From Alphaproteobacteria bacterium (lineage in GTDB: Bacteria; Pseudomonadota; Alphaproteobacteria; UBA828), in the NCBI GenBank assembly GCA_965214705.1, contig CBDCCI010000001.1, positions 630,013 through 694,012 on the forward strand: 64,000 nucleotides of DNA. Direction: 5' to 3'. The number at the start of each line of letters is the position of its first letter. The first letter of the stretch is position 1. The position numbers and the translations under genes are program-made. Positions 47,181-57,392 of this stretch are shown in pieces. Under the pieces are notes generated by a model, which saw only the letters and a list, made by a program, of their open reading frames with translations, was not told where the DNA came from and did no database searches.

Positions 47181-47252
47181 AGGCCTCGCCTGAGGCCTCG
47201 CCTGAGGCCTCGCCTGAGGCCTCGCCTGAGGCCTCGCCTGAGGCCTCGCTTG
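47181..47252. repeat. 12-bp tandem repeat, six units
   Basis: AGGCCTCGCCTG occurs five times, followed by AGGCCTCGCTTG. Each unit junction forms the 8-bp palindrome GAGGCCTC. The array starts 59 bp after the methyltransferase stop. Confidence 0.9.
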
Positions 47253-48217
47253 GTTCAACTTTTCCGGCCATCAACGTACTCGACGACTCGGGTCATGTCC
47301 ATAGTCCATAAACTTCACCACACTGGCACCCGCTTGTCCACATCGGAGTTGCGACAAAGCAGGCCTCCGCCGCGACGAACCATGGAACGATCCCTAGGCA
47401 TCCCGGGGTCTCCGCCCCCTCTGCGCTGCAGCCTCCCTGCACACCCGAGCGGCGTCCTCCGTGCCGACCAGCGTGCCATGCCGAATTCTCGCCACATTTC
47501 CGCGGCCTTTGCAAGCCTTAAATCGGCCCGACCATACAAGGGGTTAGACATCCTCCCGTCCGCGCATTCTACCGCTGGCGGCCCGCCACCCACGACACTC
47601 TGCAGTTGGCACACGGGTTCCTCGCCGGCCGCACCCCCACCGGGAGCCGAGGCCGCCCATCGTCATCGCACGCTCCGGGGCGCCGCCAAATCGGAGGAGC
47701 GCAGACACATACAGGCGTCGCAGGATCGGCCGCGTGCGCCGGATCCGACGCTCGTCCTTCTTGGCCGGAGGCGTGTGTTGCGGCCACGTCGATTGATTTG
47801 GGCGCGATTAAGCGGGTCCGGCGAGAGCCCGTTCAATCGCGGGACATTGTCGGCCAAAGGACCACTTTTCTGTCCTCCGGCTTCCGCTTTGATGTCGGTG
47901 ATTCCGGCGATTCCGAGGCCGCGACGGCAATGACCGCCATGAGCGCGCGCCACGGCGCGGCGCACGGCACAATTGGATAGGGCCGGCATTCGTCGTGCAC
48001 CATGCCGATGGCTCCGCCGGGCGCGTCTGCCACCGCCATGACCCGCCTGCGTTGGTGTGGGCTGCGCGGTGCGGGCTGCGCGGTGCGTGCCGCGCTCTGC
48101 CGACCCCGCCGTCCCGGTCTGTCGCACGGCACGGCTTTCTGGCATGCCGCTCAGCCCTCCGCTACCATCCCGGCGACGGCGGCACCGCCGGTGCGGCCGC
48201 CCGCAGTGGAGGCGGCC

Positions 48218-48892
48218 ATGCGTCACGACGAAGTCTACAAATCCATCTTCTGCCACAGGATCTCCGTCGAGCATCTGCTCCGCTTCATCGCCGGCATGAT
48301 CGACGACGGCCCGGACTGGCTTTCGGCCTTCGACCCGGAGACCCTGGAGCCGGTGCCGACCGAGCGCATCGACGAGACCCTGCACCGCCACCTGAGCGAC
48401 CTGGTCTGGCGCGTGCGCCTGCGCGACGGCGGCGAGGAGGACTGGGTCTACCTGTTCGTGCTGATCGAGTTCCAGTCTTCCGTGGACCATCTGATGGCGC
48501 TGCGGGTCAGCACCTACGTCAATCTGCTGTACCGGGGACTTTGGGCCGGACGGCACTTCGGGGCCTCGGACCGTTTGCCGCCGGTGCTGCCTGTGGTGCT
48601 CTACAACGGCGCCTCGCCGTGGACGGCGGCGGCGAGCGTCGAGGAGCTGGTTGCGCCGCAGGCCCGCCCCTCCGGCGCCATGGCCCCCGTGCCGGTCTAT
48701 GCTGGCTCGGGCTACGTGACGCTTGACGTCGGCCGGGTTCGAGGCGGAGACTCCCCGCCGGACGATGTCGTTTCTCTCGTGATCGGCATCGAGCGGATGT
48801 CGTCGCTTGAGGAGGGTTACGCGACGCTGCTTGAGGCATTCTCCGTTCTTCGGGGTTCCGAGCACCGTGGGTTGCGTCGGGTATTCCATGAA
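48218..48892 (+). pseudogene. Rpn-family (YhgA-like, PD-(D/E)xK) recombination-promoting nuclease, N-terminal part
   Basis: The ATG at 48218 follows GGAGG. ...HLSDLVWRVRL...WVYLFVLIEFQSSVDHLMALRVSTY is the Rpn/Transposase_31 signature. An IS interrupts the gene at 48893. Confidence 0.7.
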
Positions 48893-50566
48893 CCTAAATC
48901 CCGCAGTTGGTTTCGGGGCCGATCACGAAAAAGCCTTGTAGGCTAGGGGCATGAGCGAATCGAAACAGGCCCTTGAGGCTCACCCTGCGGGTGATGGTCC
49001 CAGCACTGCGCGGGAGCTCGCCCGAGAGGCCGTGAAGGTGGACACCTTCGGCGGCACCGTCCACGTCGAATGGGACCCGGATGCGGCGGCCACACCGCTG
49101 GGTCATCTGGTGTTCTTCGCCGAATACCTGAAAGTCAGCGGCCGCTTCGACGCGCTGGTGGCGGACTGCCCGCTGCACTACACGAGCCCGAACGCGCCCT
49201 CGAAGCGGGACGTGCTGGGGACGGTGATGCTGTCGGCCCTCGCAGGACACTGGCGCTACGCGCACATCACGGCGCTGCGCGGCGACGGCGTCAATCCGTC
49301 GCTGTTGGGCATGACCAAGGTGGCGAGCGAGGACTCGGTTCGGCGCGGCCTGGGACGGATCGACGCGGAGGACGGCGCTTCCTGGCTGCACGGCCATCTC
49401 GACGACACGGCGCGGCCCTTGCTGAGCGAGCCGTGGGTTCTGGATTGCGACACAACGATCAAGCCGCTCTACGGCCACCAGGAGGGGGCTGTGGTGAGCT
49501 ACAACCCGAAGAAGCCGGGCCGTCCGTCGCATGCCTACCATGCGTTCCTGATGGCGGGCACGCGCCTTGTTCTGGACGTCGATGTCGCGCCCGGGAACCG
49601 TCACCACTCGAAGAACGCGGCGCCTTCGCTGTGGGCCTTGCTCGACCGCCTCGGCCGTGAGAACTGGCCGCGGCTCGTACGGGGCGACAAGGACTGGGGC
49701 AACGAGGGCAACATGGCGTCGTGCGAGGGGGCGGGTCTCGACTATCTGTTCAAGCTGCGCCTGACCAAGGGCGCGCGCCGGCTTGCCGAGTGCCTGATGA
49801 CGCGGGACGAGTGGACGGACGCGGGCCCGGGCTGGTCGGGGATCGAGGCCGAGCTTCGCTTGCATGGCTGGAGCCGGACGCGTCGCGTGGTGGTGCTGCG
49901 CCGTCGGCTTCCCGGGACGGTGGCGCTGACGCGCGCAGACGACGGTCAGGGCGATCTCTTCTGGGCCGACGCGCAGCCTGGCACCAAGGTGTGGGAGTTT
50001 GCGGTTCTGGCGACGTCTCTGGATCTGGAGGTTCTCTCGATCGCCCAGCTCTACCGGGATCGGGCGGACGCGGAGAACGGCTTCGACGAGTTGAAGAACC
50101 AGTGGGGCTGGGGCGGCTTCACCACGCGAGACCTGAAGCGCTGCCAGCACATGGCCCGGCTGATCGCGCTCATTTACAATTGGTGGAGCCTGTTCGTGCG
50201 CTTGGCGGACCCCGATCACCACCGCGAGGCGATCACCAGCCGACCGCTCCTGCTGCATGGGGTTGCCCGCCAGACCCATCACGCCGGTCAAACCCGGCTG
50301 ACGGTGACGTCGAGCCACGGGCGGCGGGGGGCCGTGGTCGCGGCGTTGCGGCGGATCACCGGCTTCTTCCAGACTCTGCTGACAAGTGCGGAGCAGTTGA
50401 GCGCTGAGGATCGCTGGCGCCGGATCCTGGCGGAAGCGCTGAAGAAGTACCTCCGGGGCCGCCAGCCGGGTCGCCAGCCCTGGATTCCACCGCCTCGGCC
50501 TGCGCTGGCAGGCTGAAATTGAGCCCGGAAATCGACCGATCATCGCCCCCAACTGCGGGATTTAGG
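48893..50566 (+). mobile_element. IS1380-like element (1,674 bp)
   Basis: The 18-bp perfect inverted repeats are CCTAAATCCCGCAGTTGG and CCAACTGCGGGATTTAGG. A direct repeat ATGAA lies at 48888-48892 and 50567-50571. The size, CC-initiated inverted repeats and 4-5-bp duplication fit IS1380. Confidence 0.7.
48951..50516 (+). CDS. DDE transposase (IS1380/IS4-superfamily type)
   Basis: 521 aa. ...LDCDTTIKPLYG...RGDKDWGNEG...LYRDRADAENGFDELKNQWGWGGFTT... Confidence 0.75.
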   Translation: MSESKQALEAHPAGDGPSTARELAREAVKVDTFGGTVHVEWDPDAAATPLGHLVFFAEYLKVSGRFDALVADCPLHYTSPNAPSKRDVLGTVMLSALAGHWRYAHITALRGDGVNPSLLGMTKVASEDSVRRGLGRIDAEDGASWLHGHLDDTARPLLSEPWVLDCDTTIKPLYGHQEGAVVSYNPKKPGRPSHAYHAFLMAGTRLVLDVDVAPGNRHHSKNAAPSLWALLDRLGRENWPRLVRGDKDWGNEGNMASCEGAGLDYLFKLRLTKGARRLAECLMTRDEWTDAGPGWSGIEAELRLHGWSRTRRVVVLRRRLPGTVALTRADDGQGDLFWADAQPGTKVWEFAVLATSLDLEVLSIAQLYRDRADAENGFDELKNQWGWGGFTTRDLKRCQHMARLIALIYNWWSLFVRLADPDHHREAITSRPLLLHGVARQTHHAGQTRLTVTSSHGRRGAVVAALRRITGFFQTLLTSAEQLSAEDRWRRILAEALKKYLRGRQPGRQPWIPPPRPALAG

Positions 50567-50571
50567 ATGAA

Positions 50572-50940
50572 TGGTTCACGTTGCTTGCCGGGCAGGGCGC
50601 CGGAGGCGCCGCGATCGAGGGGTTCGAGGAGATGGAGCGACTGGAGGAAGCGGGCGAGTTGCGGACGCCGGTCCAGGATCGGGTCCGCGCATGGCAGGAG
50701 GCGGAACGCGAGCAGGGCCGCGCCGAGGGCGTCGAGCAGGGCCGTGCGGAGGGCGTCGAGCAGGAGCGGGCGCTGCTGCTGCGCCTCGCCGAGCGGAAGT
50801 TCGGCGCGGACACCGCCGGGCGCCTTGCGCCCCTGCTGGGCGGGATCGGGGAGCCGAAGCGGCTGGCCGATGTCGGCGACTGGATCATCGACTGCGCTAC
50901 GGGCGACGAACTCATCGCGCGGCTGGAGGGCGCCGCCTAG
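50572..50940 (+). pseudogene. Rpn-family nuclease, C-terminal part (DUF4351-like)
   Basis: It continues in frame from 48892 once the IS and one ATGAA copy are removed: ...VFHE|WFTLLAGQGAG...LLLRLAERKFGADTAGRLAPLLGGIGEPKRLADVGDWIIDCATGDELIARL. Confidence 0.7.
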
Positions 50941-51042
50941 CGCATGCCGCCTTGCCCTCGCGGGACACCGCGAGGAGCTGGCACCGTGCCGTGATCGGCA
51001 GCGTCCGCGACAACGGGGAGATCGGCCGCCCACGCGGCGCAA

Positions 51043-51570
51043 TCATCGCCCATCGCACTTTGGCTCCTCGCCCTTGGACACGAAGCCGCGCCACCGCCGG
51101 TCGACCGCGTCCGGCAGATCGTCCTCCACGGCGAGCGTCGCCTCGGGCGGCGGGGGCACGAACGCATACAGGCGCTTCGCCAGATCCCGAGGGATGAACG
51201 GCTTCGCGCCCACGTGACTGCCGCTGAAGTGGAGGAAGAATCGAAGGGGCAATGCGTCGGGAGCGCCGGGCCGATCGAAGCCTGCGGGCAGAGCGTCGTA
51301 CTTGGCCTCGAACCGGTCCGGCTCGAAGCCCTCCGCATCGTGCGGCGCCTCGCCCACCGCCAGTCGCCGAACCTCATCGAGACCGTCCCACAGGCGGCGG
51401 AGGGAGGCGTCGGCGAGACGACTCTCGATGGCCGCGATCATGTCGGCCTTGCGCATGGGTCGCGGCTTCGCCACCGAAAGCCAGTTCACCATGACCCGCA
51501 GGTCGTCATTGTTCAGCCAAGCCAGAACCCTCGGCAGGGTGGGGGGCCAGTCATCGGCGATACGCGCCAT
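51043..51570 (-). CDS. hypothetical protein (175 aa)
   Basis: The ORF has plausible composition (MARIADDWPPTLPRVLAWLNNDDLRVMVNWLSVAKPRPMRKADMIAAIESRL...). I recognised no family. Confidence 0.4.
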   Translation of the reverse strand: MARIADDWPPTLPRVLAWLNNDDLRVMVNWLSVAKPRPMRKADMIAAIESRLADASLRRLWDGLDEVRRLAVGEAPHDAEGFEPDRFEAKYDALPAGFDRPGAPDALPLRFFLHFSGSHVGAKPFIPRDLAKRLYAFVPPPPEATLAVEDDLPDAVDRRWRGFVSKGEEPKCDGR

Positions 51571-51624
51571 CGGTCAATCCCCTCGTTGGTGCCGATGCGG
51601 CCGTGACGGTCGGCACGGCCACGC

Positions 51625-52794
51625 TTACGGCATGATGTCCGCGGCGATGCTGCCGGCCACCAGCGCCGCAGACTCCTTCACCGAATCCCGCGCCAGGTGC
51701 GCATACCGCGCGGTGGTCTGAATCTTCTTATGACCGAGAAGCCGGCCGATCATCGTGAGGTCCTGGCCCAGGGCCAGGGCGCGCGAGGCGAAGCTGTGAC
51801 GCAGGTCATGCAGCCGCACATCGTCGAGACCGGCGCGCTCCCTCACCTGGTACCAGTAGTAGGCCAGTTGCATCTGCCGCCCACCCGGCTGCCGGCCCGC
51901 GATCACCCAGGGATTGCCGGCAAGACGCGGCACCCCGGCAAGAACCCGCGCCGCCGCAGGCGACAGCGGAACCATCCGGGGGCCGGTCTTGCTGTCGCGC
52001 AGCCTGACCTCGTTCCGCTCCAGCGCCACGTCCTCCCAGCGCAGCGTCAGCACCTCGGCGGAGCGGCACCCGGTCAGCGTCAGGAGCCTGATCGCCGCCG
52101 CAGCGTGAACCGGGACACGGCCCCCGGCCTCGAGATCGTCGAGAGCCTCCCCGAGACGCCGGAACTCGTCTTCCGTCAGGAAGCGCTCCAGGCGCCGCGT
52201 CCGGTAGCGCGTCACGAAGCGGCAGGGGTTGCTGCCGGCCGGCACCAAGCCCCAGGCCTCGGCGCGGTTCAGCATCCGCGACAACGCGCCCACCGTGTCG
52301 TTGGCGGCAACCGGCGTCCTGCGCAGACGGTAGTGAAGCTCGGCAACGTGCGTGCGATCGAGCGCCCCGACGGGCATCTTCCCCAGCTTCGGCAGGATGT
52401 GCTTGCGAATCGCCTAGCGGTAGCCCTTCACCGTGTTCGGCTTGCAGCGTACCGCAACGTGCTCGCGCAGATACCGCTCCGCCAGCTCCGCCACCGTCAG
52501 GCCGCCCTCCGGGTCCGGCGCCGCCTCCGGCTCCTCGCCGGCCTCCATGCGGGTGAGCAGCGCAGCCCCTTGGCGCCGCGCCTCGTCCGCCGAGATCGCG
52601 CCATGCCGGCCCACCGCCACCCGCTTCGTGCCGCGCAGAACCCGGCGCTGCACCAGGTAGGTCTTGGCACCGCTGGGATAGACCCTCACCCCGAAGCCCG
52701 GCAGGTCCCGATCCCAGTAGATCGCCTCCCTCTCTCCGACGGGCAGCTCGTCGACCACGCGGTTCGACAGCGACCTCCGTTCCACTCCCGACAT
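51625..52794 (-). pseudogene. P4-type tyrosine integrase with a single in-frame TAG
   Basis: The N-terminal DUF4102-like part (AIYWDRDLPGFGVRVYPSGAKTYLVQ...) and the catalytic part (...HDLRHSFASRALALG...LLGHKKIQTTARYAHL) share one frame. Only the TAG at 52414-52416 (VKGYR*AIRKHILP) separates them. Confidence 0.8.
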
Positions 52795-52814
52795 TGTCCC
52801 GGCTCCCCCGTCCC

Positions 52815-53966
52815 CTACGCCTGCGCCGGCCCGCCCACGGGCGAGACCGCCTCCAGGCGCAGGATGTCGTCCTCGATGCTGTCCCCCACGCGCGCCGCCG
52901 CGACCTTCTCCGCGTCCTGCGACAGGTGGGCATAACGCGCGGTACTGCTCACGTCCGTGTGGCCGAGCAACCGGCCGATCATCGGAAGCGGCAGGCCCAG
53001 GGCCAGGGCACGCGAGGCGAAGCTGTGACGCAGGTCGTGGATGCGCACGTCCTCGACCTCTGCCCGCTCGCGCACCCGGTGCCAGTACTTCGTCAGCGTC
53101 GCCAGGTGGCGATCCGGCCTGCCCCCCGTGATTACCCACGGGCTGCGCCTGACCCGCTTGATCCCCGCTAGAACCTGCAACGCCGCAGGCGTCAGGGGCA
53201 CCATGCGCGCCCCCATCTTCGCGTCGCGCAAGCGCAACTCTCCGGCCTTGCGGTCGATGTCGCTCCACCTGAGGGTCAGTATCTCCCCGCTCCGGCACCC
53301 GGTCAGCATCAGCAGGCGCAGCGCCGCCGCAGCCCGCGCCCGCACCGGGCCCTCGGCCTCGAGCGCGCACAGCGCGCGACCCACCCGCCGGTACTCGTCC
53401 TCCGTCAGGAAGCGCTCGCGCCGGCCCTCCTTGTAGCGCAGCACGAAGCGGCACGGGTTGCCACCTCCCGGCGCCAGGCCCCAGGCCTCCGCCAGCGAGA
53501 AGATCTTCGACAGCACCATCAGCGCCCGATTGGCGGCACGCGGGGTCTCGCGCAGGCGGTAGTGCAGTGCCGCCACCTCGGCGCGCCCCACCGAGGCCAC
53601 AGGCATTTCACCGAGCGCGGGCAGGATGTGGTTCCTCAGAGAGTCCTTGTAGATCCTCTGCGTGTGCGCGTTGCAGCGCACCTTGACGTGGGCCTGGAGG
53701 TAGCGTTCGGCCAGCTCGGCGACGGTGAGCGGACGCGCGGCCGGCCGCAGCACCGGGTCCTCGCCCTTTCTGATGCGGGCGATGGCGGCGCTGGCCTTCT
53801 TGCGCGCCTGCTCGGGTGTGATCGCGCCGTGGCGACCGAGGGAGGTGCGCCTGAGGCCGGCCGGCCCGCGGCACTGCACGAGGTAGAACTTGGAGCCCGA
53901 GGGATAGACCCTGACGCCGAAGCCGGGGAGGTCGCGGTCCCAGAAGGTGGAGTCCCTGCCCCCGGT
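52815..53966 (-). pseudogene. paralogous P4-type tyrosine integrase, N-terminus truncated or frameshifted
   Basis: The open frame starts right after a TGA with TGGRDSTFWDRDLPGFGVRVYPSGSKFYLVQCRG... and the catalytic region is intact (HDLRHSFASRAL...LGHTDVSSTARYAHL). An ATG (MNRGQG) lies one frame off, across a G5 run. Confidence 0.65.
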
Positions 53967-54417
53967 TCATTGCCACCTGATGTTCGGCATCCTGGTGCTG
54001 ACGGTCGACCAGCTGATGCGCCTCCTGGCCTGAGCGGCGCCTCCGTCCCTGTCACGCCGGCACGCCTCCCTCGGCGGAGGCGCAAAAAGCCACGTCCGCA
54101 TCGCGACGGCGGGTCCAAAATGCGCCCGCATGGGCATCGGTTTGCGGCGAATCGGCGACCCGGCGGCAGCCAGCGACGTCCGCTCGTCCCGATGTTCATG
54201 TTACGTTCCGGCCGTCAATGTCTTCACGACGGGCTCTCGGGAAAAGCAGACCGCGCCTGGGAGTTTTGCAAGTGGCTCCCCTTTACGCCAATTCCGACCG
54301 AGACACGCCTCAACTCACTGGCCCAAAATGACAAATCAGACGACCTGGGCAGTTACCATCCTTCATGGTCTCGGCGTCTTCGGAAAGGTCCGGCACGAGA
54401 TAGCGGAAGGCGTTTCA

Positions 54418-54627
54418 ATGCACGCGCGGGTTGGTGGGGCGGTCATGAAGATCGAAGCGTCGGCCTTCGGGGTCTCGACGTCAGACACAGGCGAGGGCCT
54501 GGCCTACGGGGCAGGCGGAGAGGTCCGTCTGAGCGAGTGGGCGAGCCTGCGGGTGGACTGGACTCAATACCGCGAGGACGGCGAGACGGCCGATGCAGTG
54601 TCGCTCGCCGCCGTCACCCGCTTCTGA
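54418..54627 (+). pseudogene. outer-membrane beta-barrel protein, C-terminal fragment
   Basis: The alternating pattern and terminal Phe (...LRVDWTQYREDGETADAVSLAAVTRF*) are typical of an OMP last strand. No signal peptide or N-terminal strands lie upstream. Confidence 0.4.
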
Positions 54628-55919
54628 CAACTGATCCACCCTGCCCCTGTCAACGGGCCGTGGCACATTTGCGCGAAATACGCGCGGCCCAGTAGCGACA
54701 ACACTACGCGTCGCATTTTGGTGGCATGGACGATTCGATTTTCGATATCAAGCGGTTATTCCGTCACCCGAAACAGGGACGTGTTCCCAGGGTGTCGAGG
54801 GCACTATTAAACGTAGGTTTGGCGCAAATTAACACGTCAAATCTACGCGCAACTACGCGGTGCTACGCAGGCGTATGACGGATTACAGCCCTGCACCATC
54901 GGTGAGTCGGGTGTGACGGGTACAAGCGCCCTCAGGGCGTAGGACAGGTCCAATGATCCGGAGAAAAGCGTTTCCGCCCAGCCACTTAGGTGGCGCAGGA
55001 TGCTTGGTGAGGCCAGGAATCCGGGAATTCGGGCGTGTTTGCCGGAGAACACGGGAATTTCCTATGGCACGCTTGCATAGAAACACAAGCTGCGACTTGT
55101 GTTGTCCGTGTGTGGCGATGCCGGAGCGCTCGGCACGGCTCAGGATGCACTCGGGGATCGATCTGCCGAGCTCGTGCAGGGGCATGTTCTCGCAGACGTG
55201 GCGGCGTTCGGAGATGCGGCGGAAATGAGGCAAGCGACGATGGTCGGCACCGGTGACCGAACAGGATTGTTTTCGCGAGTGACGGGCGGGGAGAGCACAT
55301 GGCGGACCAGTGTTGCCGGCATGACTGACCGGCAAGCGGTCGGGGCGATCATCGGAGCTGCCGACGGCAGGCGCGAGGCACGCGATCATGGTCGGCGCAG
55401 TTGACGGATCACTTCTGTCGATGGTCGTGCTGAGGGGAGCGACGGATGAAGGATCGAAACCGCGGCATCGGCGATCGGGCTGGTGACGCGCGAGGCATCG
55501 GCACTGACGACGGCACGGGCACGGGCACCGGACAGAGGTGGTCGCACTCGTGCTCGCGCTGGTGCGGCGCCTGGTGATGCCCATGCCGCAGGTGCGGGAT
55601 TTCCGGACGACGCTCATCGTCGGCACGGTCTGCTCGCGGCGATGACGATCATCACGATGGCGGAGTCGCGCGCGCTCGCGACGAAGGCCGTTCGGGTTTC
55701 GCAGCGACAGCGGCCGGCGATGGCGCGCACGCGCCGAGTCGGATGCACGGCGGCGGAGAGAAGGCGGGGAAGCACGGTCGCTGTAGCGGCCGCGAGCGGC
55801 GCCGGCGCGAAGCGCGGCGTCGCCGGCCATCGCGCGCGCACTCGAGTTGGCGGTGCGCGGTCCGACGAGCGGGCGCACCGGACTGCGCACATGCCGCCCG
55901 TCGTGAAACATGACGAAGC

Positions 55920-55945
55920 GGCCGATCCCGCATCGGGGATCGGCC
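55920..55945 (-). terminator. stem-loop 23 nt downstream of the DUF2493 gene
   Basis: GGCCGATCCC-GCATCG-GGGATCGGCC forms a 10-bp stem. The downstream sequence is only weakly T-rich. Confidence 0.35.
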
Positions 55946-55968
55946 GTTGTCGAGGAAGCGCGCGCCGT

Positions 55969-56886
55969 TTACGGGGCCTTGACCTCGAGGACGGGTATGC
56001 CGAGCTGCTTCGACTTGTCGACGAGGTTGCCGGTGATGCCGCTGCCGGGGAATGCGATGACGCCCTTGGGCAGCAGGTTGAGCAGGTCGTCGTTGCGGCG
56101 GAAGGGCGCGGCCTTGCCGTGCGCGTTCCAGTCGGGGCGGCAGACGACCTGGTTGACGCCTCTGGCCTCGGCCCAGCTTGCCGCGATCTTCTCGACGCCG
56201 GGGCCGCCGCCGTGCACCAGCACCATGTCGCCGTGCTTCGCGCGCGCCATGTCGAGCGTGCTCCAGACCGCGTCGGCATCGGCGACGGTCTTGCCGCCGG
56301 TGATCGCGACCAGGGTGCCCTCGGGCAGGTGCGCGCGGGTCTCGCGGTCCTTGCGCGCTCTGCGGAAGTCGCGGGCATCGATGGCGGCAGAGGTGAGCGT
56401 TCCGGTGCGGCTCGTGTGCGAGCCGTGGCGCGGGCGCCATGTGTCGCCGGTCTCAGCACGGTAGGCATCGGCTGCGATGTCGCGCATCTTCTCGAAGGCG
56501 TCGCGGCGGTCGCCGAGGCTCTGCGCCCGGTCGGTCATGGTCTGCAGCTCCCACGCCTTCACCTCCGATCCATCCTGCGCCTTCTCGAGGTCGCGCATCT
56601 CGGGAGTGATGCGGTCGACGGCACGGTCGAGCCTCTGCACCTGGCTGTGCAGCATGTTGGTGAAGCCCCACATGAGGGGCTCGCGCTCGTCGGCCATCTG
56701 TGTGCCGTCGACGGTGATGCCGTCCACGATGACGCGGATGGCCTCGCTCAGCGCATCGATGGCGTCGTCCTCGTCCCAGACGACCCTGCTGTCGAGCTCG
56801 CCGCGCTCAGGTGCGGCACCGTAGAGGGCCATGCTCTCGCAAACGGTTGCAGTTGCAGAAGCGGTAGCGCTTGTGGTGTCGATCAT
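55969..56886 (-). CDS. DUF2493 (SLOG/YspA-like) domain protein typical of conjugative elements
   Basis: C-terminal GDMVLVHGGGPGVEKIAASWAEARGVNQVVCRPDWNAHGKAAPFRRNDDLLNLLPKGVIAFPGSGITGNLVDKSKQLGIPVLEV. The ATG follows AAGGGAGA. Confidence 0.75.
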   Translation of the reverse strand: MIDTTSATASATATVCESMALYGAAPERGELDSRVVWDEDDAIDALSEAIRVIVDGITVDGTQMADEREPLMWGFTNMLHSQVQRLDRAVDRITPEMRDLEKAQDGSEVKAWELQTMTDRAQSLGDRRDAFEKMRDIAADAYRAETGDTWRPRHGSHTSRTGTLTSAAIDARDFRRARKDRETRAHLPEGTLVAITGGKTVADADAVWSTLDMARAKHGDMVLVHGGGPGVEKIAASWAEARGVNQVVCRPDWNAHGKAAPFRRNDDLLNLLPKGVIAFPGSGITGNLVDKSKQLGIPVLEVKAP

Positions 56887-57392
56887 GACGATCTCCCTTG
56901 TTCATACACCGGGACCCTGTGCCCCGTCGTGGTGTCCTCCTTCTTCACGCGCGCGCAGTGGCAGCACCTGGCCTTAGGAACTCTTGGGCGGGAGTCGGTG
57001 CGGAAGTTCGGCGATGTTGGTGCGGAAGATGGCGCCGCCGTGCCGGTGGGAACGGTGCTCCGCAGCAAATCCATTCCAGTGGTCATTACGGCGCCGGGCC
57101 GGGCGGGTCCGCTTGGGCCTGCCCGGCGTCTAGGCGCCGCGACGAATGGTTCCGCGAATGGATTTGATGCGGTGCAGCGTGACGCGGCGGCCCCGCGTCA
57201 GGGGCCGGCGCGCTGTGAGACGAGGCGGTTGGTGATTACACGTGAGCCATCTTCACGGTCGCCGAACTTCACGGCCCGCCCTAGAGTTCCTTAGGCCAGG
57301 CCGTAGGGAGCGGAGCGACCGGAGGACCCGCAGGGTTGCTGCTGCGAGCACGCGTGACAGGATGGGAGGACACGACGGAAGAGGATTCCATT

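Noticed and set aside
47181-47252. Considered whether the 12-bp tandem array could be a CRISPR array.
   Set aside because: The units are contiguous with no spacers, only 12 bp long, and no cas genes are nearby.
48059-48086. Direct duplication GGGCTGCGCGGTGC x2 upstream of the Rpn gene.
   Set aside because: It is only two short GC-rich units in a non-coding leader, with no further structure or conservation evident.
54700-54760. TGGTGGCATGGACGATTCGATTTTCGA inspected as a possible tRNA 3' end (minus strand) serving as an integrase attachment site.
   Set aside because: The putative T-stem halves do not pair and no cloverleaf can be drawn.
54883-55911. 342-aa minus-strand ORF downstream of the DUF2493 gene.
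   Set aside because: It is extremely Arg/Ser/Cys-rich with no recognisable domain or plausible RBS, so it is probably non-coding or a decayed region.
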